Shown here piece by piece: positions 19,740 through 28,723 of a stretch of DNA of 64,000 nt. Each line of letters begins with the position of its first letter. Within the stretch, counting starts at the first letter, position 1. The stretch covers positions 205,744-269,743 of the forward strand of contig CAZBZO010000001.1 in assembly GCA_964496425.1 (NCBI GenBank), written 5' to 3'. A program made the translations under genes and the position numbers. The notes beneath the pieces are model-generated. The model saw only the letters and a program-made list of their open reading frames with translations. It made no database searches and was not told the origin of the DNA. The DNA is from an uncultured Candidatus Saccharibacteria bacterium (GTDB taxonomy: Bacteria > Patescibacteriota > Minisyncoccia > Phycocordibacterales > UBA9973).

Positions 19740-20279
19740 TTAAAATGAAGGTGTTTTAGAGATATTGTAAAGTCCAGGCGGCGGTATGCCTACTTCAAGT
19801 ACAGGGAATGGTATGTTTCCAGATGGAGTTGGAATCCAGCAATCGCTAAAATTAGGGATCCGAGTGCTTTTGCCTAAAATCCAGGTTCCCGGTACTGGGG
19901 TGGGCTTCTGTGGATTGAGTTGTGAAAACACAGCGTATGGTACTAAACTATAGACTGTAGAAATTGCTCCTGCCGTAATAAGCGCTGCTTTGCCGCCTTT
20001 TGAAATTGTGGAACCGTCCGTGTTTTTACCTGTGTGAGTAGGGAGTGAAGCAACATACCCTGTTCCCGCTGCTGAAGCTATAGCACCACCGATGTTACTT
20101 TTGAGGACAACTGGCCCCGTAATCGTTGGTATGCACATAACCCCAGGGATTGTTGGTGTTAAAATTTTCCCGCCAAAGCTTTTAGAGTCAAAACTACCAA
20201 ATGCACCAAAAACGATTGTTGGTAGAAGAGTCCCAGCAATAGCAAGCAGTATGAGTGTTCCTAGCGTGTGTTTACACAT
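19740..20279 (-). CDS. hypothetical exported/membrane protein
   Basis: 179-aa ORF with hydrophobic N-terminus, FGGKI...C, PVPGTWILG motifs; first gene of the leftward cluster. Confidence 0.6.
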   Translation of the reverse strand: MCKHTLGTLILLAIAGTLLPTIVFGAFGSFDSKSFGGKILTPTIPGVMCIPTITGPVVLKSNIGGAIASAAGTGYVASLPTHTGKNTDGSTISKGGKAALITAGAISTVYSLVPYAVFSQLNPQKPTPVPGTWILGKSTRIPNFSDCWIPTPSGNIPFPVLEVGIPPPGLYNISKTPSF

Positions 20280-20350
20280 GTTTCTTAGTATACACTACAG
20301 AGCAAGGTGATGCATGAATTTTTTACAATACACTGCATATTCACAGCTTT

Positions 20351-21145
20351 TTATAGGAGTTTTGTGAGCGCGAGCCAGATTTGAAGTGTCAGATTTTCTG
20401 CACGGGATCTATGAGGAATGCTGAGGGAATCGAATGTTGCCCCTAGATTGACCCCGGACTCCGTAGTAAGATCTTTTAAGTTGCTCTGCAAAACTTTACG
20501 TTTGTGGGCAAATCCAGCATGCAAAATATCAAAAAACCGCTCCTCATCTATCGACTCGAAATTTTTCCGGGAAATATTCTCGATTGCCACAATTGCCGAG
20601 TCTACCCGCGGGGCGGGACTGAAATATCGCCGTCCTACTTTGGCGACATAGCGTGGAGTGCCATACGCTTTGACTGACAGAGAGAGTAAGCTCTCTTTTT
20701 TGTCGCGAGTGACGATACGTTCGGCGACTTCTTTCTGCACCAGGAGGACCATAGTTGTTGGCTGTTGTGGAGAAGTTAAAAATTTCCTGATGATGGCGCC
20801 AGTGATGTAGTAGGGAATGTTGGCAACAAGTGCGTAACGCGTAACATGTAATGTGGAACGTAAGGTACTTAGATCAAATTCTAAAATGTCGGCTTCAAGT
20901 AAAATAAGTTTTTTGTTTTTTATTTCGATTTTGAATTTATCTTCTAAATATTTCACAAGCTCTCGATCTTTTTCAATAGCAATGACCTGCCCGGCCGCCT
21001 CTAAGAGTTTTTCAGTAAGTGCCCCCTTTCCCGGGCCGATTTCAAGGACGGTGTCTTTCGACGTGAGCTTTGCGGCTCCCACGATTTGAGAGAGCGCGAG
21101 TGCTGATTTTAAGAAATTTTGCCCGAGTGATTTTTTGGCGTGCAT
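20351..21145 (-). CDS. rsmA: 16S rRNA dimethyladenosine transferase
   Basis: AKKSLGQNFL, VLEIGPGKGALT, VANIPYYIT, QKEVAERI, FSPAPRVDSA. Confidence 0.97.
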   Translation of the reverse strand: MHAKKSLGQNFLKSALALSQIVGAAKLTSKDTVLEIGPGKGALTEKLLEAAGQVIAIEKDRELVKYLEDKFKIEIKNKKLILLEADILEFDLSTLRSTLHVTRYALVANIPYYITGAIIRKFLTSPQQPTTMVLLVQKEVAERIVTRDKKESLLSLSVKAYGTPRYVAKVGRRYFSPAPRVDSAIVAIENISRKNFESIDEERFFDILHAGFAHKRKVLQSNLKDLTTESGVNLGATFDSLSIPHRSRAENLTLQIWLALTKLL

Positions 21146-21146
21146 A

Positions 21147-23081
21147 TTAGTCAAAATAAATAATACGGTTTGGCGTATCGCTGCTCCCACCATCGTTCAT
21201 GGATTCTTGTTCGACGAGGGCTTCTGGAATATCGAATAAAAATTCGCTTGGCATATTGACCTGCTTTGATCCGTAAATTGTCCGCGTCATGGCATGCGAA
21301 AGGAAAAGTTTTTCTTTGGCGCGAGTGAGCGCGACATAAAAAAGTCGCCGTTCTTCTTCGGAGTCTTCGCCGCTTGCTCCGTCGCGCTTTTGATGTGGAA
21401 AAAGATCTTGTTCAAGTCCGACGACAAATACATGTGAGAATTCAAGTCCTTTTGAAGCGTGGACTGTCATGAGCTTGATACCGTGTGTGTCTTTTCGAAG
21501 TGAATCCTGATCGCTTGCCAGGGCGGCGTCTTCGAGAAGTTTCTCGATACCTTCTGGTATTGGCATGAAGTCATATTTTTGAGCGAGTGTCACCATCTCT
21601 TTAATATTTTCAAGACGTTCAAGATCCTGTTCGGTGCCGTCTTTGAGCATCGCCTCAATACCGGAGTGGTTCATAACATATTTTACTATTTCGCTTGGCA
21701 CTAATCGATCGATCTCGACTCGAATACTATTAAGCAGTGTATAGAAGTCAGTGATTTTTTTCTGCATGGGAGCGGGCAGTTTATCTTTGTGGCCGCTAAA
21801 GAGTTTTACGAGCGTGACCTTGCCGATGCCGCGGGCAGGAATGTTGATGATGCGTTTGATGTCAGCCAGATTGTCAGGATTGAGAGCGGCGCGGATATAA
21901 GCCAAGACGTCCTTCACTTCCTTTCGTTCATAAAACTTTGTACCGAGGACTTGATATGGAATGCCAGCCAAGAGCAGTCCTTCTTCGAGTACTCTGGACT
22001 GGAAGTTGGCGCGATACAAGACCGCAATATCTTCTTCCTTCACTCCCCGTTCAAGCATGGCACTTGCACGTGCAGCTACAAAGCCGGCCTCAGCGGCTTC
22101 GTCGTAGGATTCGTAGATACCGATTTTTTCACCCCCATCTTTTTGTGTGAAAAGTTTTTTATCAATCCGGAAATTATTTTTCTTGATGATTTCGTTGGCT
22201 GCTTCAAGAATGATTTTTGTTGAGCGGTAGTTTTCTTCGAGTAACACGATCTTGGCGCGCGGATAATCTTTTTCAAAATGAAGAATATTTCTGATGTTGG
22301 CGCCTCGCCAGCTGTAAATATTCTGATCAGTGTCACCGACGACGCAAATATTTTCTGCTGGTCCGACCAAAAGCTTGCCGAGCTCATATTGGACCACATT
22401 GGTGTCTTGATATTCGTCTATATGAACATACCGGAAGCGGTCTTGATAATACTTTCGTACACTCTCGTTGTTTTTGAGTAAGAGCACGCTTTCAAGCAGA
22501 AGATCATCGAAGTCAAATGCGCCGGCTGCTTTGAGCTTACTCTGGTATTTATCCCAGACTTCAGCCACTAGCTCTGAAAGATAGCCGTCAGCTCGCGCGC
22601 GGTATTCGGCCGCAGTGACAAAGTTTCCTTTTTCGCGAGAAATGATTCCCTTAAATCGTCGTGGCTCGTATTGTTTGGGATCAAGATTGCTCTCCACGAT
22701 GGCTTCTTTGACGAGGGCCACTGCGTCGCCTTCGTCGAGGATTGTGAAGTAGCGCGTGCGGCCGATCAGCCTGGCATTTTCTTTTAGGATGTGTACGCCA
22801 AGAGCGTGAAACGTGGAAATGAACGGTACACCTTCGATGCGTTCTTTGGCGAGCATGGCGAGGGTGCGTTCGCGCATTTCACTGGCTGCTTTGTTGGTAA
22901 AGGTAATTGCCAAAATATGCTCTGGCGCTATGCCTTGATGAATCAAATGAACGATGCGATGAGTGAGAGTTTTTGTCTTCCCTGCTCCCGCTCCTGCCAC
23001 GATCAAAAGCGGTCCATCGATCGTGAGAACGGCTTCTTTTTGCGGGGCGTTGAGATCTGTGAGGTAAGATGGTAGAGACAT
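21147..23081 (-). CDS. pcrA: ATP-dependent DNA helicase PcrA/UvrD
   Basis: AGAGAGKTKT, TFTNKAA, DEYQDTN, ENYRST, MTVHASKGLEF, EERRLFYVALTRA. Confidence 0.96.
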   Translation of the reverse strand: MSLPSYLTDLNAPQKEAVLTIDGPLLIVAGAGAGKTKTLTHRIVHLIHQGIAPEHILAITFTNKAASEMRERTLAMLAKERIEGVPFISTFHALGVHILKENARLIGRTRYFTILDEGDAVALVKEAIVESNLDPKQYEPRRFKGIISREKGNFVTAAEYRARADGYLSELVAEVWDKYQSKLKAAGAFDFDDLLLESVLLLKNNESVRKYYQDRFRYVHIDEYQDTNVVQYELGKLLVGPAENICVVGDTDQNIYSWRGANIRNILHFEKDYPRAKIVLLEENYRSTKIILEAANEIIKKNNFRIDKKLFTQKDGGEKIGIYESYDEAAEAGFVAARASAMLERGVKEEDIAVLYRANFQSRVLEEGLLLAGIPYQVLGTKFYERKEVKDVLAYIRAALNPDNLADIKRIINIPARGIGKVTLVKLFSGHKDKLPAPMQKKITDFYTLLNSIRVEIDRLVPSEIVKYVMNHSGIEAMLKDGTEQDLERLENIKEMVTLAQKYDFMPIPEGIEKLLEDAALASDQDSLRKDTHGIKLMTVHASKGLEFSHVFVVGLEQDLFPHQKRDGASGEDSEEERRLFYVALTRAKEKLFLSHAMTRTIYGSKQVNMPSEFLFDIPEALVEQESMNDGGSSDTPNRIIYFD

Positions 23082-23185
23082 AGAGATAGTAAATAGTTAA
23101 TAGGTAGTAGTAAATAGTAGGTAGAATAATATAATAAATTTTTATTAAAAAATTTAGATCATGCAGATTTGTACTTGAAGACTAT

Positions 23186-23218
23186 AACATAAAATCCGCT
23201 CATGGCGGATTTTATGTT
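23186..23218. terminator. intrinsic terminator-like hairpin
   Basis: AACATAAAATCCGC-TCATG-GCGGATTTTATGTT, downstream of the 23241-23540 gene. Confidence 0.7.
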
Positions 23219-23240
23219 TCTTTTCAGTATGTAGATTTAT

Positions 23241-23540
23241 TTATTTGCCCATCACTTTGAGTGTTTCATCACGGAAGCGGCTGGCTTCTTCGGTTACGAT
23301 AGCATCGAATGTCGAGACATGACTGCGAATATAACCGAAAACGTCTTCAAAACTGGCATTGTCGTCAAATAATTTCTCAAGTTCACCTTTTTCTGTATCA
23401 GAAAGTACGTCGAATACTCGCGCCATGACTTCTTGGAAAATAATACTTCCGACCCGCATCAGTACTTCTTCGCGCTTTTCTTCTGGAAGTGCGCTGATAC
23501 CGAGTGCGTCAATGATTTGTTTTTGTAGTTGTGGGTCCAT
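23241..23540 (-). CDS. small acidic helical protein (DUF5663-like)
   Basis: LGISALPEEKREEVL..., LSDTEKGEL, FDAIVTEE pattern; family assignment from memory. Confidence 0.65.
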   Translation of the reverse strand: MDPQLQKQIIDALGISALPEEKREEVLMRVGSIIFQEVMARVFDVLSDTEKGELEKLFDDNASFEDVFGYIRSHVSTFDAIVTEEASRFRDETLKVMGK

Positions 23541-23578
23541 ATATATATTATTCTACTACGTTATATTTTTTTACCAAA

Positions 23579-26500
23579 TTATTGTCGGACACTCTTCGGC
23601 AAAGTTACTCGTTCCATAATTTTCTTCAATGCATCCCACATGGAATCATTCGGAGCGTTTGACGCAAATGTTTCAAGAGTTTTTGTTCCTACCACTTTTT
23701 CTATATGAGCAGCAGCTGCCGAACTACTATCGGCCGCTTCATGATTTTTTACATAATCACTTGCCGTAAGTTTTTTTAAATCCTTTTCCCATCCTTCTAC
23801 TTGTTTTTCAGGGAAGCTTTCATTCTCGGCTGCAGCAAAAGAAATCAAATCTCGGTGAGCGGCAATTTCTTTGAGTTCGTTGAGTCTATCAGTATCCAGA
23901 TCCTCAAGTGGGGGTAATTGTTTGTTTTCAATAAGACTCCACAGTTCATCATCCGTAAAATATTTGTCAGCATTTATCAGCATAGCGATCGATCCTGATG
24001 TGAGACGATCAGGAGACTCGAGTTTCCCTTCCCCGATCAAAGCATCCACTTGGCTCTTAGTCATCCCTTCGAGATTTTGTAGCCGAGTGTCGACTTTTGC
24101 AGCACTAGTTTCTGATGTTTGTGTGCCGTCTGTTTTCTGTGCACCTTTTTCAATCGGCTCATCAAAAGCTTTTTCAGGATCTTTTTGCGGTGTTCCTTTT
24201 GACGAGACTTTTGGTTTGCTTTGCTCGGTATTGATTTCGTCTGCTGGTGCTTTTTCGGGTACCGTTTTCGCATCTTCGCGCATCTCATGGATCTCTTCCG
24301 CGGTCACATCTGGATGACCCTCTATGCCAGTTTCTACCGTGTTGCCATCTGCATCAACGACTTCGTGCATACCATCAGCGTGTACTATTTTGAGTATTGT
24401 TTCTTCGCTTTGAAGCTGTGAAAATTTTTCTACCTCCTTAAGATCAATCGCTCCGGCATGTTTAATAAGCTCACTGCGAAGCTCATTGAACTCCTCGGGC
24501 TTCAGTATGTCGATCTGTCCTGTTTTCCAGTCTACCTTGAATACATCTTTATAATCAGCTGCCTTAAATCCAGCTACATCACGACCTTGCCCAAGCTCTG
24601 CCATATTGTCCGCAATATTTATACTTTCGTCTATGTCGGCAGGTTCTGGACCGCTATCAGGAAGTGCCATGCCGTCGAGGGCAAGCGCTTGGAGGGCATG
24701 CTGTCCGTATTGTGAGACGCCGTTTTCTCCAAGCACCAAATGCATTTGTACTTTTATTTCATGTCCCGAAAGTCCTTCTTTAGCAAGCTCTGCGAGTCGC
24801 TCTGCTTCTTGAACGGCAGCAGCAGCTTTTTCTGCGGCCTCTGTGGTTTCTGTTTTTGTCTCGCCAACCACTTCTTTTGTTTCACCTTTTTCTGCTTGAT
24901 TTCCAGAAGGATTATCTGTTTTCTCGCCTTCTGTATGTATCGGATCAACTGCGCCCTGTTCTGTGGTTTCATGACTATCTGATACGTCTTTATCACCATC
25001 CCCAAAAAACTTTTCAACCCACGAAGTGGGTACTCGAATTCCTGTTCCGGGAATTTGAACTTTTCCTTCTATTGGTGCACCTGACCCTCCTCGAATCATT
25101 TGGCTTTGGTGCCAGCCAAATTGATCTCTGATTTTATCGAATCGCCTATCAATTAAATTATCATCCGTGTTTGTATTTTCTGGAATAATTTCCGTTTGGG
25201 TAACGGCTTGGCCACCTTTAAGATCGGTGTGGTGTGTCTCTGGAGTAGGTACAGTTGTGTATTCTGTCTGAGGTGTATATCCCGGCTGGATATAACCTGC
25301 AGGTTCCGTAATCGGAGCTCCTGACCCTCCTCTAATCATTTGGCTTTGTTCCCTATCAAATGGATTTATTTTTTGTACAAGTCTACCCAACCAATTTGAT
25401 CTTTGAATAATATTTTTATCTGGTTCTGCGATGTCATTTCTCCCTATACCTCGATCTCCTGTTTGTTCACGATAGTCTCCTGGATAATCATCGCTTAATT
25501 TTCCTTCTATCGTACGTGCAACCTCTGCCGTCGGTAGTCCGTGTTCACGATTCCATAGTTGAGCCTTTTCGATTTCTTGTTCTGTTCCAATGCCAAATGC
25601 TTTGAGTTCGGTCTGGGCAACATAGGAAACGCCAAATGCGGCAGCGCCCATAAGGCCGCCCTTGACGATGTTTTTTGCCCACCGTGCGTTTCGTTTTATC
25701 TTAGAAGCTTTCTCAAAATTTGTTTGAATGGTACCTAGCTTGTCATATACTAATCCTTCGGTAAATTTCGCTCGCGCTTTCTCATCTTCATTATATTTAT
25801 TAAGAATTGCGTCGAGCCCTTGGTTGAGTTTGCGCAGTACTGGTTTTGTAAATGCGGTGAGTCCAAAGGATGTGGCCGCCGAGCGGGTCAAACGCCAGCC
25901 CCAAACACCTACCCCGCCGACTCCTGCTCCTATACCAACTGAGCCTGCGGCAAAGAGTACTACAGTAGAGACTCCAAACGTCACCCCGAGTTTGGCAAGC
26001 TTCTTTCCAGTCCAGGCAAGTGCATTTTTCTTTCCAAGCTCTTTGTCGTCCGATGTATACCAGCCCATAAAAGCCTTGTAGCCTTTTTTGAATGCCCCAT
26101 CCTCACTGTGTTTAGCCTGAGTTAAGAGATTATTTTCCATGTCAGCACGGTCGTAGATTTCCGTGGACATAAAGGTAGTGAATTCCGCAGTCTTTTCTAT
26201 CAGTGGGCCGGTTTCAGTCAGCTCTTCACGTTTTTGAGCAATCAATTTTTCTAAATATGCCTCACGAGCAGCTTCATATGCTTTTTTGTTTTCAATAACC
26301 TCATCCTCTTTTTTGAAATATTCATCGTTAAGCGGGCTTTTTCTACCAAAATCCGCCGCCGCTTTTTTAGCTGCTTGGGCAGCTTTAATACTTGTTGCAT
26401 ACTTTCCACGAAGTTCTGCAAGCTCGCGGTCGAGCTCTTCCTTTAATTCTTGATTTCGTTTCTGTTGTGCAAGGGTATTCTCTTCTTGTATTCTTTTTAT

Positions 26501-26788
26501 TTCTAATGCTTCGGCGGTACTTTTCGCCTTTTTTTCTTCTTTACTCTCTTTTTTCTTTCCAGTTGGAGCAGTGGGAGTGATAGGAGGAGTGGGAGGTGTA
26601 CCAGAACCAGCTCCTATTCTTTCAAAAATAGCTTCAAGAACATGGTCCTCCACTCCAAAACCCTTGAGTCTATTCTTGATTGTTTCAGGACTGTCACCCG
26701 CGTCTTTAGCAATAGTAATATCTCCCATCAAGTCATTGATGAGCTCTTCTTCCTGTGGAGTTAGTATTTTGGGTTTTGGTTCTGGCAT
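23579..26788 (-). CDS. large hypothetical protein (coiled coil, Gly-rich hydrophobic segment, acidic C-terminal region)
   Basis: 1069-aa ORF with an internal duplicated QSQMIRGGSGAPI motif. Confidence 0.75.
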   Translation of the reverse strand: MPEPKPKILTPQEEELINDLMGDITIAKDAGDSPETIKNRLKGFGVEDHVLEAIFERIGAGSGTPPTPPITPTAPTGKKKESKEEKKAKSTAEALEIKRIQEENTLAQQKRNQELKEELDRELAELRGKYATSIKAAQAAKKAAADFGRKSPLNDEYFKKEDEVIENKKAYEAAREAYLEKLIAQKREELTETGPLIEKTAEFTTFMSTEIYDRADMENNLLTQAKHSEDGAFKKGYKAFMGWYTSDDKELGKKNALAWTGKKLAKLGVTFGVSTVVLFAAGSVGIGAGVGGVGVWGWRLTRSAATSFGLTAFTKPVLRKLNQGLDAILNKYNEDEKARAKFTEGLVYDKLGTIQTNFEKASKIKRNARWAKNIVKGGLMGAAAFGVSYVAQTELKAFGIGTEQEIEKAQLWNREHGLPTAEVARTIEGKLSDDYPGDYREQTGDRGIGRNDIAEPDKNIIQRSNWLGRLVQKINPFDREQSQMIRGGSGAPITEPAGYIQPGYTPQTEYTTVPTPETHHTDLKGGQAVTQTEIIPENTNTDDNLIDRRFDKIRDQFGWHQSQMIRGGSGAPIEGKVQIPGTGIRVPTSWVEKFFGDGDKDVSDSHETTEQGAVDPIHTEGEKTDNPSGNQAEKGETKEVVGETKTETTEAAEKAAAAVQEAERLAELAKEGLSGHEIKVQMHLVLGENGVSQYGQHALQALALDGMALPDSGPEPADIDESINIADNMAELGQGRDVAGFKAADYKDVFKVDWKTGQIDILKPEEFNELRSELIKHAGAIDLKEVEKFSQLQSEETILKIVHADGMHEVVDADGNTVETGIEGHPDVTAEEIHEMREDAKTVPEKAPADEINTEQSKPKVSSKGTPQKDPEKAFDEPIEKGAQKTDGTQTSETSAAKVDTRLQNLEGMTKSQVDALIGEGKLESPDRLTSGSIAMLINADKYFTDDELWSLIENKQLPPLEDLDTDRLNELKEIAAHRDLISFAAAENESFPEKQVEGWEKDLKKLTASDYVKNHEAADSSSAAAAHIEKVVGTKTLETFASNAPNDSMWDALKKIMERVTLPKSVRQ

Positions 26789-26816
26789 AGTCTCCGTTTG
26801 TATTTCTTATAGTAAT

Positions 26817-28613
26817 CTAAAAAAGCTTTTTGATAAACTTCCAAGCTTTTCCAGCTATACTTTCCTCTTTTCCGTTATGCGTATCTTCATCATCATACCC
26901 TTCCTCGGTGGTCATGTCTTCTTCTGGTATTCTACCGAATTCGTTAAGTGCTTCGTGATACTCTTTTTCTACTTCAAGAATTTTGGATTCCAGCTCTTCT
27001 ATTTTTTCATTTGGTATTTTTCCCTGACTCTCCAATTGCTTATACTCCTCATATATATTTTTTTGCAATTCTTTGGCCTTTTCGAGTGTCATTGTTTGAG
27101 CACTTCGAAGATCTAAATTATTTTCGATTATTTGGTTATCTGGTCCCACTAGACGAAATCGAGCTTTCGGGTCATCTATTATAATTACTCTTTCTTTATT
27201 TCGTATCTCATCTACATTCTCTACTTGTATTAGGAACCCGTTTAAAGTTAACTCATATGTACTATTTTTCCCTAACATCTTATAGTAACCCCATAAAGTA
27301 ATATCTTCATACTGTTGGTCTGTTTTGTTTTCATCGGCTAGACCGATTATTGATTGGACAACAGGATCAACCTTGTCCGCCGTAAACCACTTTAATGGAT
27401 TTGCTTTCCTGTCTTTAAGTTCGGTGATCGGATCTTCCAGTGTAGAAATTAACGGATTGAGAGTACGGCGAAACATTCTCAGCCACTCTTCATTTTGTGG
27501 ATCAGTCCCACTCGCTTCTTCAATTGCTATATCAATATTTTCTTTTTCTTTGAGGAGATTATTGTAAAATTGAATCTTATCTTGGGCCTCTGCGAATTCC
27601 AATTCAGGAATAGTATGGGTAGTATTTTGGTCCTCCATTGTTGGCTCTTGAGAAGGTATGGCAGTATTGCCTGGCGCCTGATTTTGCTGAAACGCGGCTA
27701 CTCTTTTTTTCATTGACTCATACGCTTCTATTTTTTTCTGTATATTTTCATATGCAAGTCTGCGCTTCTCTTCAGGATTTTCAGATACATCATTTTTATT
27801 TTGTTCAAAGTATTTAGTGATGTCGTTTAAAATATGATTACTCCGTGCAATCCAAGGATACAAAGCTTGCTTAGTAGCCTCATCACTATTCTCGATTTCA
27901 ACAATGCTATTTTTTATTTCATTCCCAATCTCCTTTAACGTTGCACTATCTTTGGAAACTATTGATCTGCTCACAATGCGATCAAAACGCTCAATGCGAT
28001 TTTGAATTTCATTTGCAGTATCTTTTGCTGCTTCTTTTTTGTTTTCCTTTCCTTCCCATGTATCAGCTCCTGTAAGCCCTGGCTCGACAGTCACTTCTGG
28101 CTTGGTGAGGTGGTTAATATTTTTTGTGTCGTTGAAATCTCTCGACAAATGTACATTGAGTGAGAGTAGGTCTTCAATGGGAATCAAATCTGACTTTTCA
28201 TGTTCTTCATCATTTCCATCTGCGTCCTTCTCTATAACTTTTTTGATTACTCGTACCAGTCCCCGATCTTTGTCAGCCTTGTCTTGCACTGTGTCCAATT
28301 CCCATTCTGTAGTGAGCTTTCTTTTTTCAATACTGTAGACTTTTCTGCCTGTCAGTAGGGGTAACTGTTTAACATTCTTTTGGAATTTTTTTAAATCTTT
28401 TTCTTTTTGAGCTTTTAATTTTTCTAGCGCCGCCTCTGCCTTCTCAAGCTCATTTTCGAGCGTAGCCAAAGTCGTGAGTTGTTCTGCGGTTAAGACACCT
28501 TCACTTCTAAACTTTTGAAGACTTGCGAGCTCTGTGACTGGATCAGGCGAAGAAACTCCAGTGCTGAGTTTATCAAAGAGTACTAGTGCGTTATCAGGAG
28601 TTTTTCCAGTCAT
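26817..28613 (-). CDS. large hypothetical charged/coiled-coil protein
   Basis: 598-aa ORF ending in the amphipathic helix KAWKFIKKLF. Confidence 0.72.
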   Translation of the reverse strand: MTGKTPDNALVLFDKLSTGVSSPDPVTELASLQKFRSEGVLTAEQLTTLATLENELEKAEAALEKLKAQKEKDLKKFQKNVKQLPLLTGRKVYSIEKRKLTTEWELDTVQDKADKDRGLVRVIKKVIEKDADGNDEEHEKSDLIPIEDLLSLNVHLSRDFNDTKNINHLTKPEVTVEPGLTGADTWEGKENKKEAAKDTANEIQNRIERFDRIVSRSIVSKDSATLKEIGNEIKNSIVEIENSDEATKQALYPWIARSNHILNDITKYFEQNKNDVSENPEEKRRLAYENIQKKIEAYESMKKRVAAFQQNQAPGNTAIPSQEPTMEDQNTTHTIPELEFAEAQDKIQFYNNLLKEKENIDIAIEEASGTDPQNEEWLRMFRRTLNPLISTLEDPITELKDRKANPLKWFTADKVDPVVQSIIGLADENKTDQQYEDITLWGYYKMLGKNSTYELTLNGFLIQVENVDEIRNKERVIIIDDPKARFRLVGPDNQIIENNLDLRSAQTMTLEKAKELQKNIYEEYKQLESQGKIPNEKIEELESKILEVEKEYHEALNEFGRIPEEDMTTEEGYDDEDTHNGKEESIAGKAWKFIKKLF

Positions 28614-28723
28614 ATATTATGTTTATTATACTACAAAAAAACTAGTCAGTCAAATACCCCATAGATTACTTCTCTATTTTAAAACAATTCGGTTTAAATA
28701 CCTACTAAAACAAGAAATTTCTC

